NCBI RefSeq assembly: GCF_006345805.1 | Contig: NW_021824954.1 | Span: 62,001-126,000 of the forward strand | Length of the DNA: 64,000 nt | From: Octopus sinensis | Lineage: Eukaryota | Reading direction: 5' to 3' | Part shown: in pieces, positions 48,801-61,450 of the stretch | Position numbering within the stretch: position 1 is the stretch's first letter | How the letters are laid out: each line of letters begins with the position of its first letter | Notes under the pieces: model-generated | Seen by the model: only the letters and a program-made list of their open reading frames with translations | What the model was told of the DNA's origin: nothing | The model's database searches: none | Position numbers and translations under genes: made by a program

Positions 48801-48949
48801 GTGAATTATTTTTTCTCTGTTTGCCTAGTCTCCATTATAAGGTATTTCAGTTCAAAACCATGTGAACATGTTGAGCAATGTGAAAATCACTAGTGATGTG
48901 ATAAGGCCATTATAAATGAGTGAAGAAGACTAGCTATATGCAGGAAGAA

Positions 48950-50880
48950 TATAAGTCAGGTTGAAGGAAGTTTTAGGGAAGGAGTGTTTGTCCTATGGCA
49001 GGATGTGAAGAGCAAGATGGACTGGTGGTAAGGTGGCTGTGTTTGCCAACAAGCTCAGAAGATTGGTAGGGTTAGCTGGACATGCTGCAGGAGAGCAGCA
49101 TGTGTTTAGAAGAGGAAAGAGAATGAATGCAACCTTTCAAGGGGCAGTGCTACAGATATTGTATGTGGGATATGGTCACAGGCTGCAAAAACTCAAAGCT
49201 GAAATTGACCTGTTACTAGTGTGACCAGGCTGGTCATAAAGCAATCCACAGCAGTCAGGGAAATGGTGGACGTTGGGGTGGCTACTGTGCCCAATAGAGA
49301 CATTCCTTTATTCCTGCTAGGAGAAATCTGGTTGAAACAGGCTGCACAACCACTCCAGTGACTTGTTGGATGATTGGGGTGGTTGAATAGTATAAGAGCA
49401 GTCGATGGGAGGGGAGTTCATTGGAGGGTACCTGTATTGGGAAGTTGACAGTACATTGAATGTAGATGAAGGTCAAGGTGATTGTGATAGACCATTTTGT
49501 TGGAGGGACTGATGTAGTGATGGGGATGGATGTAATTGGCAGGTTTGTTAGTGATGGAAGAGTAGAAATTGGAGTAGAAATGATGTGCTGTGTGTATGCA
49601 GTCAAAGTGAACCAGTGAGAGGTAGATATTCTTTGTAAGACTGAGGACAAAATTTTCTCTGCAGAATTTGACAGCAAGTGATGGGTGATGAAATGTTTCC
49701 AGAAGGGTGAGCCTTCAGTGCTGAAGAATAAAGTGAGCAGCTATAAGGCTGTTTGAAAGTAGGGGTGAGAACCGAATTTGAGATGGAGAGGTAGATTGAG
49801 GAAGCTATTTTAATGCTTTGAGGGGAAGAGGTGGATAGTGAGGTGCTACCACTGATAACAATAAAAAAATAAAGTCCAGTCAGTGTTAGATTTCTGGGAG
49901 CTGAATGACCATGTGGCATGTCAAAATGGTAGAGAGGCCATGGATGTATGTAGGGAAACCTTGAGAGAGTGGAAACAGATGATGGAGGAGGGGGAAGTTC
50001 TTTGAAAGTATATTCAAATCAGCCTATATACAGTTTCACATGACCAAAAAGTTGTGGAAATATCAGCTGTTGAAGATGTACTGCTTGACTAGGTTGGGAT
50101 TTGGACTGAACTCTGTTAAAGATCATGGCAAGCATCCTCAAGACAATACTGAGAAATGTGGACAGAGTGAAAGGGGCCACTAACTCTTACATAGATGACA
50201 TCTTAGTGGATGAACCAGTGGTGATAGCAGCATAGGTCATGGGTCATTTGAAGAGGTTTGGGATAGCTGTAACACTACCTGAATCCATGGTAGAAGGTTT
50301 TAGTGTAGGGAATGAGGCTGAGGAAAGGTAGGTCAGAGAGGAAATGATATTTTGGTTTTAAAGTACAATCTGAGTCGACCAGAGCTGTTTTCTATATGCA
50401 AGTGACTGATGGGTCACTATTCTATGTTGGGTGGGATCTGAATTGCATGTAGCTATGTGAAGAGAGCAGATGGTGTGAGCTGGGGAGAGAAAATTGGAAA
50501 GAGGACAGATGTTGTGATGATGGATATCTTAAAAAGAGTGAGAGATGCTGGACAAGGGGGAGGTCAGGCACTACTTTAGAGTCACATACATGTTAAGAGG
50601 AAATGGAATCAGGGAGAGACATCATCAAACAATCAACACCATAGCCGAAAGAGAGCCTTAACTCCCAGATAGAAGCAGTGTTCTGGTGCAACATATCATC
50701 TAGGTCAGGCAAGGCAGAGGAGTTGGTGCTCCAGAAAGCTATGTTCTGGCATAAGTGGAGACATCTAAGTACAGTCCTAGCGGCTATTGTAGGAGAACTA
50801 GTAAAAGTTGAGTTCAATAAAAGATATAGACCTGATCTGCCAATAAGCTCTGCCACAAGAAGCTACTAGTAATCACTTTG
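48950..50880 (+). mobile_element. Degenerate Ty3/Gypsy LTR-retrotransposon internal region
   Basis: DVVMGMDVI (protease end), PVLDFWELNDHVAC, KSAYIQ..KLWKYQ, YCLTRLGFGLNS, SYIDDILV (RT). No LTRs identified. Confidence 0.7.
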
Positions 50881-51084
50881 GGACATCTGTATTTCATATC
50901 ATTTGCATATTGCTTTAGTTATTTGTATTTTGTGCTTTACATTTTTTGATACAGTACTCCAACCTTATTTGAACATATAATGAATGAATAAAAGAATGGA
51001 TAAATGTATGTGTTCTCTTTCTCTTTTTAATTTAGAATAAATTCTGACTGGCCATGTCCTTGGTAGCAAGGTTATGAAGGAAAG

Positions 51085-51755
51085 CATCAGGTTTTGTTCA
51101 TCTTTGAAATCTGAAGAAAGTCTTGCAGATTTTTATAGTCCCAGATATTATTATTTGTAGCATATGATTTAAGGATTTGCATTCTCTCCCCAAGAACCCA
51201 AGAACTGATAGTGCATCTTGGGTACTGGGTTTTCGAACTTCTTATCAATGATTCATAGATGTTCTCTTTCTCTTGTATTTTTCTAATCACAATGGTGTTG
51301 AGAGGACAGCTGATTTGCACAAAAAAAAAAACATATCTTTTCCTTGTGGTCCCACATAACAATATCTGGTTGGTTGTTTTTAACTTGGTGGCTATTTTAA
51401 TTTTGAAGCATCACCAGTATTCTTTTGATCCATTAGTATCAATATAGTCAACTTTGTAGATATTTTCTTTTTTGTTATCCTGTTCTAGCTACTGCATCAT
51501 GCCTCTTGGGAAGATATGACATATGACATCAATACAGATTTGAGGTCACAGCTACTACCCTTATAGCTTTTTTACATCTCTATTGATGTTGAAGTTTCCT
51601 GTAACACTAAACAGCTTGTGAGTTTGAGCATCAATTTCATTGAGTTCTTGTAGTGACCAATTCAGAAGGCCAAATGGAGGTGTGAAGTCAGGCACTGCAA
51701 AGATGTGGGCAATATTTTTGTTGTAAGCTGAGAGTTCTGATGACCATGTTCTCTT
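51085..51755 (-). mobile_element. R4/Dong-like LINE fragment
   Basis: Minus strand agaactctcagcttacaacaaaaatattgcccacatctttgcagtgcc..ccatttggccttctgaattgg is homologous to 44170-44350. Confidence 0.65.
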
Positions 51756-52451
51756 AAGGTCCTGGTCCTGTCTTTATACATATGGGTCCATCAGATCTGA
51801 CTCTGTGTATGTGTGCGTGTGTGTGTCTTATATGTGTGTGTGTGTGTGTATATGTGCGTGCACATGCATATGTATGTATGTATGTTACTTTGGGGCTATA
51901 TTTGAATTTTTTTACCTTTGCAGAATTCCAGTCAGTCACAAAGTATCAAGAGTCTTTTAAGTTGAGATAACTTCTTGGGTGTTGATGTATTTATATAACA
52001 TTTGAATAAATATATTTCTTATTTAATAAATATGTTTATTTCTCACTTTTGTCTTATATTTGTGTTGTATGTGTATGAGTGTGTGTGTGTGTGTGTGTGT
52101 GTGTTTGTAGAGGAAAAAAGATAACTTGTAAGATATGATTTATTTTTTGCACGAAATACGTATTTCAATGTATTTGCTACAGTTATATTTGGAAAGCAAT
52201 CGATTGTAGCCAGATGCCTTCATGCACAAAGTTACATTTGCAGTCTCAATTTTGGCATATATATTAGATAACCACTCAAACATGCACATAATCATACATT
52301 CATACACATCAGAAGAGATATGCAGGAATAAACCCAGCCATCACAAACCACACACAATGAATTACATGTTCATGCCTTTGTGTGTGTGTGTACACATACA
52401 TACGTTTTAGTGTGGATCTTTGGGCATGTATGTAGGGAAGGGTAAGAATAT

Positions 52452-53420
52452 ATCTTAATATATAAAGCAAAGTTTGTGTGAGTGCATGTGTGTGTGTGCA
52501 TATGTTCCTTATGTATTCGAAAACTTAGTTATCAATTTTGACATATGAGGTATCAAAAGATTCAGTAATCTTTGCATTGTAAAAATTTAACATTATAATC
52601 TTTCTATAAGTCAACTATTGCAAATGACATTTTATACCACCTCTACTACCACCACCACATCACATTTTCTATATGAATGTGTATGTGTCTGTGAGTGTGT
52701 GTGTGTTTGTGCATTTGTTACTTACTTTAGACTGACTGAAAAGTACATGTGTGTGAGTGAATATGATGATGTATGTGTGTGTGAATATACATACATTTTG
52801 TGATGACTAACACACACACATCTAAAGAGAGAGATGCACACACAAAGGGACAGAGATATGCCTGAGGTATGCGTGAATGTATGTCTTTCTGTATCTGTCT
52901 TAGTATATGTATGTGTCATATGGGGTATCAAAAGATCCAGTAATCTTTCAGGTACCAAATAAACTTTATTTTCATTTACATACTTGCATTATAAAAATTT
53001 AGCTGTAAACGGCACTTTATACCATGACAACGACAATGATGATGAAGTCACATTTTCTATATGAGTGTGTATGTGTCTGTGAGTGTGTGTGTGTGTGCTT
53101 GCATGTTCGTTACGTACTTAAGGCCGATGACTGAGACGTATATGTGGGTGAGTGTATGTGATGGTGTATGTGTGTGTGAATATACATACATTTTTGTGAT
53201 GATTGACACACACAGAGGGACAGAGATACACCTGAGGTATGTGTGAATGTATGTCTCTTTGTGCCTGTCTTAGTATATGTATGTGAGTGTATGTCACTGT
53301 ATGTGTGATAATTTTTATACGTTAGGCCTCAGACAATTAAACACACACACACATACATATACTTGTGTGTATGAGTGTGTATGTGTCTGGGAGTGTGTGT
53401 GTGCATTTCTGCGTTTGTTA
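52452..53420 (+). repeat. Microsatellite-rich element with internal ~390-bp tandem duplication (Helitron-like 5' end)
   Basis: 52545-52920 is similar to 52920-53290 (ggtatcaaaaga..cagtaatcttt, cacattttctatatga, cctgaggtatg), with a partial third unit. Starts a|tcttaatatataaagc. Confidence 0.6.
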
Positions 53421-53789
53421 CATCTATAATAAACTATAGTAAGGGACATTTTTCACCATTTTAATGAGCCTGCATCAGATGAAGTAGCCATCCTTATGGT
53501 TGGTGATTCCCATGAAAATCGTGATATTCCCATTCATGCTTGAGATAACACCCTTAAACGTGTTTCAGACACTCATCTCTCTTATGATGCTCTTCACCTC
53601 CTCAAAGGTGATTCAAGCGCATGCACACACACTGCTTTGTATATGTCTTTTTCAGATTCATGAGCATGTACGCAAAATTATGGACGTATACCTCTGCACA
53701 TAATTGTAATGTATGTACATACTCCTGAAGGCTTTCTGGGACTGAAGGAAATTAAAACTGCAATTGTAACATTATTTTACACACAAAGC

Positions 53790-56751
53790 ATAAGGACCTG
53801 CAGCCTCCAAGCATGCAACCCCAAATATGTTTTTCTTTTTAGAAGCTGAAAACATCCCTCCAACTTCCTTCTTAGCTCTACAAGCCCAGAGCTGCCACAA
53901 TCAATGTTAGTACAATGGAAGGTAGATCTGGAGAGATAGTTGAGATGCTTGAGTAGAGACATGTAGATGTACCCTGTGTCCAATAGGTATGATAGAGGGG
54001 AACCTCAGCTAGACTGCTTACAACAAAGAGAATAGACAGAATTTTTTTCTGGATAGGCAACCATGATGGTTTAGGTGGTGTGGGTATTCTACTAGCAAAG
54101 AAATGGGTAGATAAGGTGATCAAGGTAGTCAGGGTATGTGATAGAATTCTTAATCTAAGAATAGCCTTGTTTGATGTAACTGTGTCAGTTGCCGCTGCAT
54201 GCCTGATTTGCAGGTACTTGAAAAAAATCGCTATGAATTCCTTCTGAGGACTGCTTTGATGACAAAAGACGACTACATTCTCATCACGATGGGATTTCAA
54301 TGGACATGTTGGAAAACACTGATGGATTTCAGGGTGTGCATAGAGGCTATGACTTTGGTTCCAGAAATGACGAGGGGGGAAAGGCTGCTGGAGTTTTATG
54401 TTGCTAATGGTCTGCAACACCAACTTCAGAAAACGTGTCAACCATCTGATCATGAAGCAATCTGGGGAAGCATACCAGCCAGATTGATTATATATATCCT
54501 CACCAACACAGGGCAGATATATGCTCATAAAAGCAAAATCTTTCCCAGGTGAAGTATGTATAACCCAACATAAGCTAGTGATTAGTGACTTCAGGCTTAG
54601 GGCCAGAAAGATCCAGAGATACAAGCTAATTGTCAAAATTCAAGGATCTTTCAAGTGGGCAGAGATTTAAAGATGTCCTTAATGAGGCCTTTAATGAGAA
54701 GGAGGAAATGATAGAGACATATGATATAAAGGGCAACTGGAAGTTCCTATGAGACAATCTACCAAGGGCAACAAACCAAATTTGTGGCTGGAGCAAAACC
54801 TCTGTTAGACCAAGGTCGAGGTGGTGGTGGAACAGTGATGTTGACAGGGCCATAAAAGAGAAGAGACAGATCTGGACTAGATGATGAAAATTATAGAGCG
54901 ACATATATATTTCTTTATTGCCCACAAGGGGCTAAACATAGAAGGGACAAACAAGGACAGACAAAGTGATTAAGTCGATTATATCGACTTCAGTGCGAAA
55001 CTGGTACTTTATTTATCGACCCTGAAAGGATGAAAGGCAAAGTCGATCTCGGCAGAATTTGAACTCAGAAGGTAACGACAGATGAAATACCGCTAAGCAT
55101 TTCGCCCGGCATGCTAACGTGTCTGCTAGCTTGCCACCTTTTATAGAGAGACTTATAGCCCAATTAATTAGGAGCAGAGTTAGGCTAGATGAAATGCAGT
55201 TCAATTTCATCTAGGGAAGAAGCAGTATTGATACTATTTTCATAATAACGCAATGGCAAGAAAAGTAATTACTTAAGAATAAACCATTATACTTGGCAGT
55301 TGTTGATCTCAAGAGAATGCTTTTAATAGAGTACCCTGCTTTGTGATATGGTGGGCTCTGAAGAAGCTAGGGATCGAAGAATGGCTTGTGAAAGCTGTAC
55401 AGGTCATGAGACCGTCAGTAAGGTGAGAGTTAACCATGAGTACAGCGGAGAATTTGGTGTACAAGTGGGTGTTCATCAAGGCTCAGTTCTCAATCCCCTG
55501 CTTTTCTTCATTATCCTCCAGGCCATAACAGGGTAGCCACTTGGAACTACTATATGCTTATGATCTTCCTCTCATAGCAGATTCCATATCAGAGCTAGAA
55601 GAGAAATTCCTGGTGTGGAAGCAAAACCTAGAATCTAAGGGCTTTAAAGTTACATTAGTAAATGTTAAGGTATTTTTAAGCAAGAAAATGCACAAGATCC
55701 TACTCTCTTCAGGTAGGTCGCCTTGTTCAATTTGTAGGAAAAATGTAGGCGGGAACTCCACTTGGTGTACACAGTGTAAGCTATGGTCACACAAGAGGTG
55801 CAGTGGATTAATAGGAAGATTATCAGAGAAAGTAGTGTTTGTATGTGGAAGGTGCACAAGATCCATAAAAACTACAGACTTGGGAAATTGATTCCCTCAA
55901 ATGGCCAGGTGGCTCATTAGAGGTAGCAGATAATTTCTGCCACCTAGTAGACCAAATTAGTAGTGGGGAGGATATACAGAGTATGTAATAGCTAAAATAA
56001 GAATAGGATGGAAGAAATTCAGAGAGTTGTTACCACAGTTGGCTATGAAAGGAAGATTGTATGATGCATGTGTATGGATAGCAATTCTACATGGTAGTGA
56101 ACATGGGCCATGAATGCAGAGGACATGTGAAGGCTGGAGAGGAATGGGGCTAGTATGTTCTGCTGGATTTGTAATGTATGTATACATGTTTGACAGAGTG
56201 CTAGTGTATTGAGACAGAAGTTAAGCATAAGAGGAATTAGATGTAGTGTGCAAGAGAGCAGACTGTGCTGGTTGGGTCATATGACGCAGATGGGTGCCAA
56301 CAGCTCTAGAGAAGTGCCAATCTCTCAAAATAGATGGAACACATGGAAGTGGGTGACCCAGGAAGACATGGGACAAAGTACTGAAGGATGACCTCAGGGT
56401 GCTGAACCTTTCAAACAAGACTACAGAGGATCGAGATACTTGGCACCTTGCTGTACTCAATAAGACCTGTACCCAACAGCAAAAGTGTTAAGGTCACTCT
56501 CCTTGATGAAGAGGATTGGCCTGCAAAAGTCCTTGGATAGGCAATGTAAAAAGCACTTGTGCCTGTGCCATGTAAAAGAACCCAGCTCACTCTGTATATT
56601 GGTTGACATTAGGAAGGGCATCCAGCCATAGAAACCATGCCAAATCAGACTGGAGCCTGGTATAGCTCCCCAGCTTGTGAGCTTGGGTTCAACCGTCCAG
56701 CATGGACAAACATGCCAGCAGTCAACAGATGTCAAATGATGATGCTGACGA

Positions 56752-56752
<1 letters not shown>
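53790..56752 (+). mobile_element. RTE-clade LINE (APE-RT with PHD-finger insert) interrupted by a SINE
   Basis: GGVGILLAKKWVDKV, GDFNGHVG-like, VGVHQGSVLNPLLF, ELLYAYDL, PHD-like CSIC..CTQC..WSHKRC..CGRC. 3' UTR matches 320-467. Confidence 0.88.
54903..55140 (-). mobile_element. Full-length SINE family A with Tx1-like tail and 12-bp TSD
   Basis: ttatagagcgac (54891-54902) / ttatagagagac (55141-55152). Head, B box and core as at 8733; tail ...ttagccccttgtgggcaataaagaaata. Confidence 0.88.
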
Positions 56753-56818
<66 letters not shown>

Positions 56819-57391
56819 ACATATAATTAATTTTTAGTGTAATATATGGATTCACAGAATCATGTGGCTATCACAGAAAGCTCCTCTAGCAGACTCTGTT
56901 AACAGTCCACATAGTAACTGAATGCAATGACGTATAATGCAGAGTTCTATGCAGCTGAAATCCAGAAGATCCAATTGATGAAAATATTTCATGAAGCGTA
57001 TACGAACCATAAAACGTTTGAGATATGAGAGGTGAATATATTTATTTAATCACTTGTTATCTTTAGTATTATGGCTGCTTCACAGCCTTCAACATATAAT
57101 TTCATTGCATAGTAAATGATTTTACATGTCTGTACTAATATGCATGCTATGTATTGTACAGTTCAATTGTACATTTACAAATCAATGCAGGTAAAGAAGG
57201 GTAGTGCATCAGATCACCAGAATATCTTGGTTACAACAACACTGGTCTGATGATAACAAGTAGTTAAAATAGATAGTCCCAACATTTTATGGTTCACATA
57301 CACGCACACACACACACACATGCATGCACGCACGCACACAAACACACACACACACATTATAGATGCATATAATTGTATATGTAAATGTATA

Positions 57392-57945
57392 TCTGTATAT
57401 ATAAAACTGAGAATGTGTGTCTGTCTGTCTGTGTGTTTCCCTAAAACTTGAGAACTACACAACCAATTTCATTCAAATTTTACACATGCCTTACTTAGGG
57501 TACATGTAGTGTCACGGGCAAAAAAGTGTTCAACTTCTTGCCTAGGGCGAGCCCATAGCAATATCATATCTTCTCCACTATTTCAGTCTTATGTGTTAAA
57601 AGTGAAACAAAAACATCTCTCTATTTTATGTCAGATACTTTCACTTTAACAATAAAAATTAGAGATAATAATAATGATTGAATTATATGTAGTAAGTAAT
57701 AATTAAAATCGAACTAAAGCATATAATAATTAAATCGTAACATAACAATTAAAAGTAAAAATAGCAATTGGTATAAAATTGCATCAATGACTTGAACTTG
57801 AATAAGTGGTTTCACATGAATGGGAATAAATTAAAAATAAAATTAAAGTGCAGAAATGGAATAGTCCAGATGGAGCTGTGCACATACCCTTTACCAGAGC
57901 TTTTACGTTAGATTATCTGCTAATTAGCTAGCATTAAGTATCTAT
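57392..57945 (+). mobile_element. Non-autonomous Helitron, 5' part, interrupted
   Basis: Colinear with 40334-41210. Confidence 0.8.
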
Positions 57946-57949
57946 ATGA

Positions 57950-59613
57950 AGTTTGGCTGTAGTCGTTTTTTGGAACCTGTGTGTTTTGCCTGTTTTGTTA
58001 AACGGTATTGTTGAATTTTGTCTGTCTGTATTGAGACAGACAAGGAAAAAACGGTTTGCCCCTCCCTAAGGGAGAAAATGGCAAAGAAAAATGTTTTTAC
58101 AAGCCTCAGTGAGTCGGACCTGTCGATCTCTGAGGAGGAACTGGAAAAGGCAGTGAGGAAATTGGACAGAGCACTTGGAGAAAAAACAACATACGCGCAA
58201 GCGACAAAGTCAATGGAAAAAGAGATAGACCTGGCTAAGTTGCCAGGTTATCAAGAATTTGTTATGAAGGTCGGTGGTGAAGTTGAATTGTCACCGCCAA
58301 GGAAAAGAAGAGACTGGTATGAGAAGAGGACCATTACGCATAGAGTATTTGCCAACGAAAAAAGGAGAATAGAGTTGGTCGGCATGGAAATGGTAGAGGA
58401 AGCTCTGAGAATGACAGAAGAGGAGGTAGCGTTTCTCGCAAGAGGCGTTGGGTTCGGCACCGTGGTTGTACAATTTAAAACCGAAAAAGTGGCAAGGCGA
58501 ATGGCGGCGAAAACAATAAAGTCGGAGAAGATATTCCTTCTTCCCTCGTATCTGGGAAGGAGGACGACCTGGATCAGGGTGGAGGGAATACCACCAGACA
58601 TAGACGGAGAGTGGATTGTGGAAGCCATCATCAGTGCTAATGAAGATAAGGTGGACATTCTTCATGCCATGGTGAAGGACGAGGGAGGTTGGAGAGGAGC
58701 AGTACTGGAGATGAATGTCTTGTCGGAATCGGAGGTGTTGGAACAACTGGCCGAGAATATAACAATGGGAAACATCATTATGAGAGTATGGGTGGAGGGC
58801 AGAGCTCCTCGTTGTTACAAATGCGGCTTGAAGGGCCACATAAAAGCTAACTGTCCTCCCCCAACAAAAAAAACAAAGAAAAGAACCAGCAAGAGAGGTA
58901 GAGGAGCCCCAGGAGGAGCAGAATACAATGGAAGAGAAGCAAGTGGACGAGGAGGAATTACCAGCAGAATGGGAATCTATGGGAAGAAGGAGGAAGAGAA
59001 GGAGAAAAAAGGCAAACTGTTCTGAACCCCAACCCACCCCATCACCACCTGCACCCTTTGTGGCCCAGGTGTCTGCAGGGGAAGCCCTGCAGACACTGAA
59101 TCCACCCGTTCCCCACCAACAAGAAAACAAAAAAAAAAAAAGATAACACAGACACACAGGATAACTTTAAAAATTCTCGTCCCCATATATTAGGTGTAAT
59201 AAATAAGGAAGAAATACGTGAAATATTGAGGGACTGGGGAAAGGTGGAATTGCAAGACAGCTGGGATATGGCGGGGTTGATGTATGTAGTAATATCAGAG
59301 GACCAAGAAAAAGAACTCAAGGAAAAACTTTAAAAAAGTTATAAATTGATTACGAAAACAATTGAACCGGATAAGTGATATGAAGTGGAAGAAATATATG
59401 GGATGAAACTGAAGGACTACATGTTTTTTATACCGATATAGGGAAGAAGGACAGGTAAGTGATGTTATCGGATGGGGCCGTTAACATCGCTCTCATTTCT
59501 CATTTTCACAATTTTTCATCTTTCATACGTTTCTGTATTTTTGTGATGTTTTGTGTCCCCAATGTTTGTAATGTCCCCCTCTATGTAAGCCCTTTATGGG
59601 TAATAAAATATAA
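57950..59613 (+). mobile_element. ORF1(gag)-only non-LTR retroelement (HAL1-like) with Tx1-type 3' UTR
   Basis: Short 5' UTR, ORF1 with CCHC knuckle, no APE or RT, and a 3' UTR ending gtccccctctatgtaagccctttatgggtaataaaata that is homologous to the Tx1-like tail at 20447-20600. Confidence 0.7.
58078..59025 (+). CDS. L1/Tx1-type ORF1 nucleic-acid chaperone (RRM-like region plus CCHC zinc knuckle)
   Basis: Open from the ATG at 58078. TYAQA motif, VVVQFKT..IRVEGIPPDI (RRM-like), RCYKCGLKGHIKANCP. Probable frameshift in the A-run near 58865, with the acidic/basic tail continuing in 58928-59146. Confidence 0.7.
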   Translation: MAKKNVFTSLSESDLSISEEELEKAVRKLDRALGEKTTYAQATKSMEKEIDLAKLPGYQEFVMKVGGEVELSPPRKRRDWYEKRTITHRVFANEKRRIELVGMEMVEEALRMTEEEVAFLARGVGFGTVVVQFKTEKVARRMAAKTIKSEKIFLLPSYLGRRTTWIRVEGIPPDIDGEWIVEAIISANEDKVDILHAMVKDEGGWRGAVLEMNVLSESEVLEQLAENITMGNIIMRVWVEGRAPRCYKCGLKGHIKANCPPPTKKTKKRTSKRGRGAPGGAEYNGREASGRGGITSRMGIYGKKEEEKEKKGKLF

Positions 59614-59616
59614 GTA

Positions 59617-60470
59617 ATGTCTGTTTTCTCGAACATACGCTTCTACTGAGTACAGCTTTTGGTTTATTTCTTATCCATAAAGGACTATAGCTTCTACTGC
59701 GTACTGCTTTTTGATTCACCGTAAGGTTTGTTGTTATTATTATTACTGTTTAACTATTGTTATCACGTTTGTTGGTTCCTCGTAAGGGAAGCATTTGTTA
59801 AATAATTGTAAACCGTAACCCTTCCCCTTTGGGAGAAGGAGCTTTGGTTATTGTTTAAAAATTGAGTTGTGTCCCTGTTTGGGGAAATTGACAATATTTT
59901 CACCGTTTATACGGAAGCATTTTTGTTAAAATGTCTCGATAGAAGAAAGTCCAAAAATGAATTTCACTACAGCCGTCAGCAGGCGCTAACTCATTAAAAT
60001 TAAAGTGGAAGAAATACAAACCTATTTCGGAATGATCACCGACAAAGACGGTGAATCTAGGATAACATCACCAAACGAAATAAAAAATAAGATTAAAGAA
60101 AAGACTATTGTCTATAAAGTATACAATGTAGAGAAAAAAAAAAGATTTGAACACCTGGAGGAAAGCACCATCGAAAAGTGTCTTGGTGAGACTATGAAAG
60201 ACATCTAACCAGAGGCGGTAAATTCGCCACAATAGAAGCAAGGTTCGGGTCAACGGAGCGTGCAAGGGAATACTCGACTCGAACCTTGCAAAGTGGAATT
60301 ATTTTAATTTTACCTTTAAATCTGGGACGTAGAACGTCCCAGATAAAAATTAAAAATGTCCCCTCAGAAGTAGAGGTAGGCTGGATTGTAGCCACACTTC
60401 TATACAAGAGGGAGGACAAGATACAATTGATTGAAATTGCAAGAGATGGGCCTACAATTCCAGTCTGTTA
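59617..60470 (+). pseudogene. Second, divergent ORF1 paralog (5' UTR plus truncated, frameshifted ORF1)
   Basis: EKTIVYKVYNVEKKKR..RGGKFATIEARF..LILPLNLGRRTSQIKIKNVPSEVEVGWIVATLL aligns with KRTITHRVFANEKRR..RGVGFGTVVVQF..FLLPSYLGRRTTWIRVEGIPPDIDGEWIVEAII. Confidence 0.7.
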
Positions 60471-60643
60471 TATATTTTGAGTATTGTTATCACTAGCGAT
60501 ATCAAGATATAACTTTGTATTTTGTACTTTATGTGTAGATGTATATATATAGATGTACATGTAATATTTACACATATATATACACATATATACATGCATA
60601 ATATATCCACCCATACACACATACGCACACACACACATAAATA

Positions 60644-60775
60644 GGGGCAGGTGTGGCTGTGTGGTAACAAACTATGTTCCAAACACATGGTCCTGGGTTC
60701 AGTCTTACTGTGTGGTGACTTGGCATGTGTCTTCTACTATAGCCTCAGACCAACCAAAGCCTTCTCAGTGGATTT
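60644..60775 (+). mobile_element. SINE family B, 5' half
   Basis: ggggcaggtgtggctgtgtggtaac..gggttcagtc..gacttggcatgtgtcttctactatagcctc. Confidence 0.75.
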
Positions 60776-61223
60776 TATACATATATACTGGCATAAATAC
60801 ATATATATACATGCATACGTACATATTCGGTATAAACACTCTACCACTACTACTAATAACTGTTGGGAACACTTTCAAACCTGCCTTACATTCGAACTGG
60901 AATCTCAAAAACATTGTCCCCTTACATTTCATTCTCATTTCATTCCCAACACAGGGAAATAAAACTTACTTCTCACTACGGGACGATGGAAGATGGTAAC
61001 AGATACTTACCACATGCTACCTTATCAAGTGAAGTATATTGTCATCCACTTCACCTCTAACCTTCATAGCGTACGGACAATTCAAATGACCCCACACCAC
61101 TATACCACCACTGATGCCTTCATCCTTCTAGCTGTGTGAATATGACAGAATTCATTTCCAGCCAAATAATATTCGCAACACGATTCATAATCACTCCGTC
61201 CTTTCCTATTACTATTTCTCTCG

Positions 61224-61450
61224 TCTATATATACAAAAGTGAGAATGTGTGTCTGTCTGTCTGTGTGAATCCCTAAAACTTGAGAACTACACAACCAAAT
61301 TCATTCAAATATTACACATGCCTTACTTAGGGTCCATGTAGTGTCATAGGCAAAAAAACCCAAAACTTTTTGCCTAGGGCGAGCCACAGCAATATCATAT
61401 CTTCTCCACTATTTCAGTCTTACGTGTTAAAAGTAAAAAAAAAACATTCC
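61224..61450 (+). mobile_element. Non-autonomous Helitron 5' part
   Basis: Matches 40334-40560. Confidence 0.78.

Noticed and set aside
58251-59157. 288-aa and 135-aa minus-strand ORFs
   Set aside because: Antisense to the purine-rich ORF1, with no domain signal.
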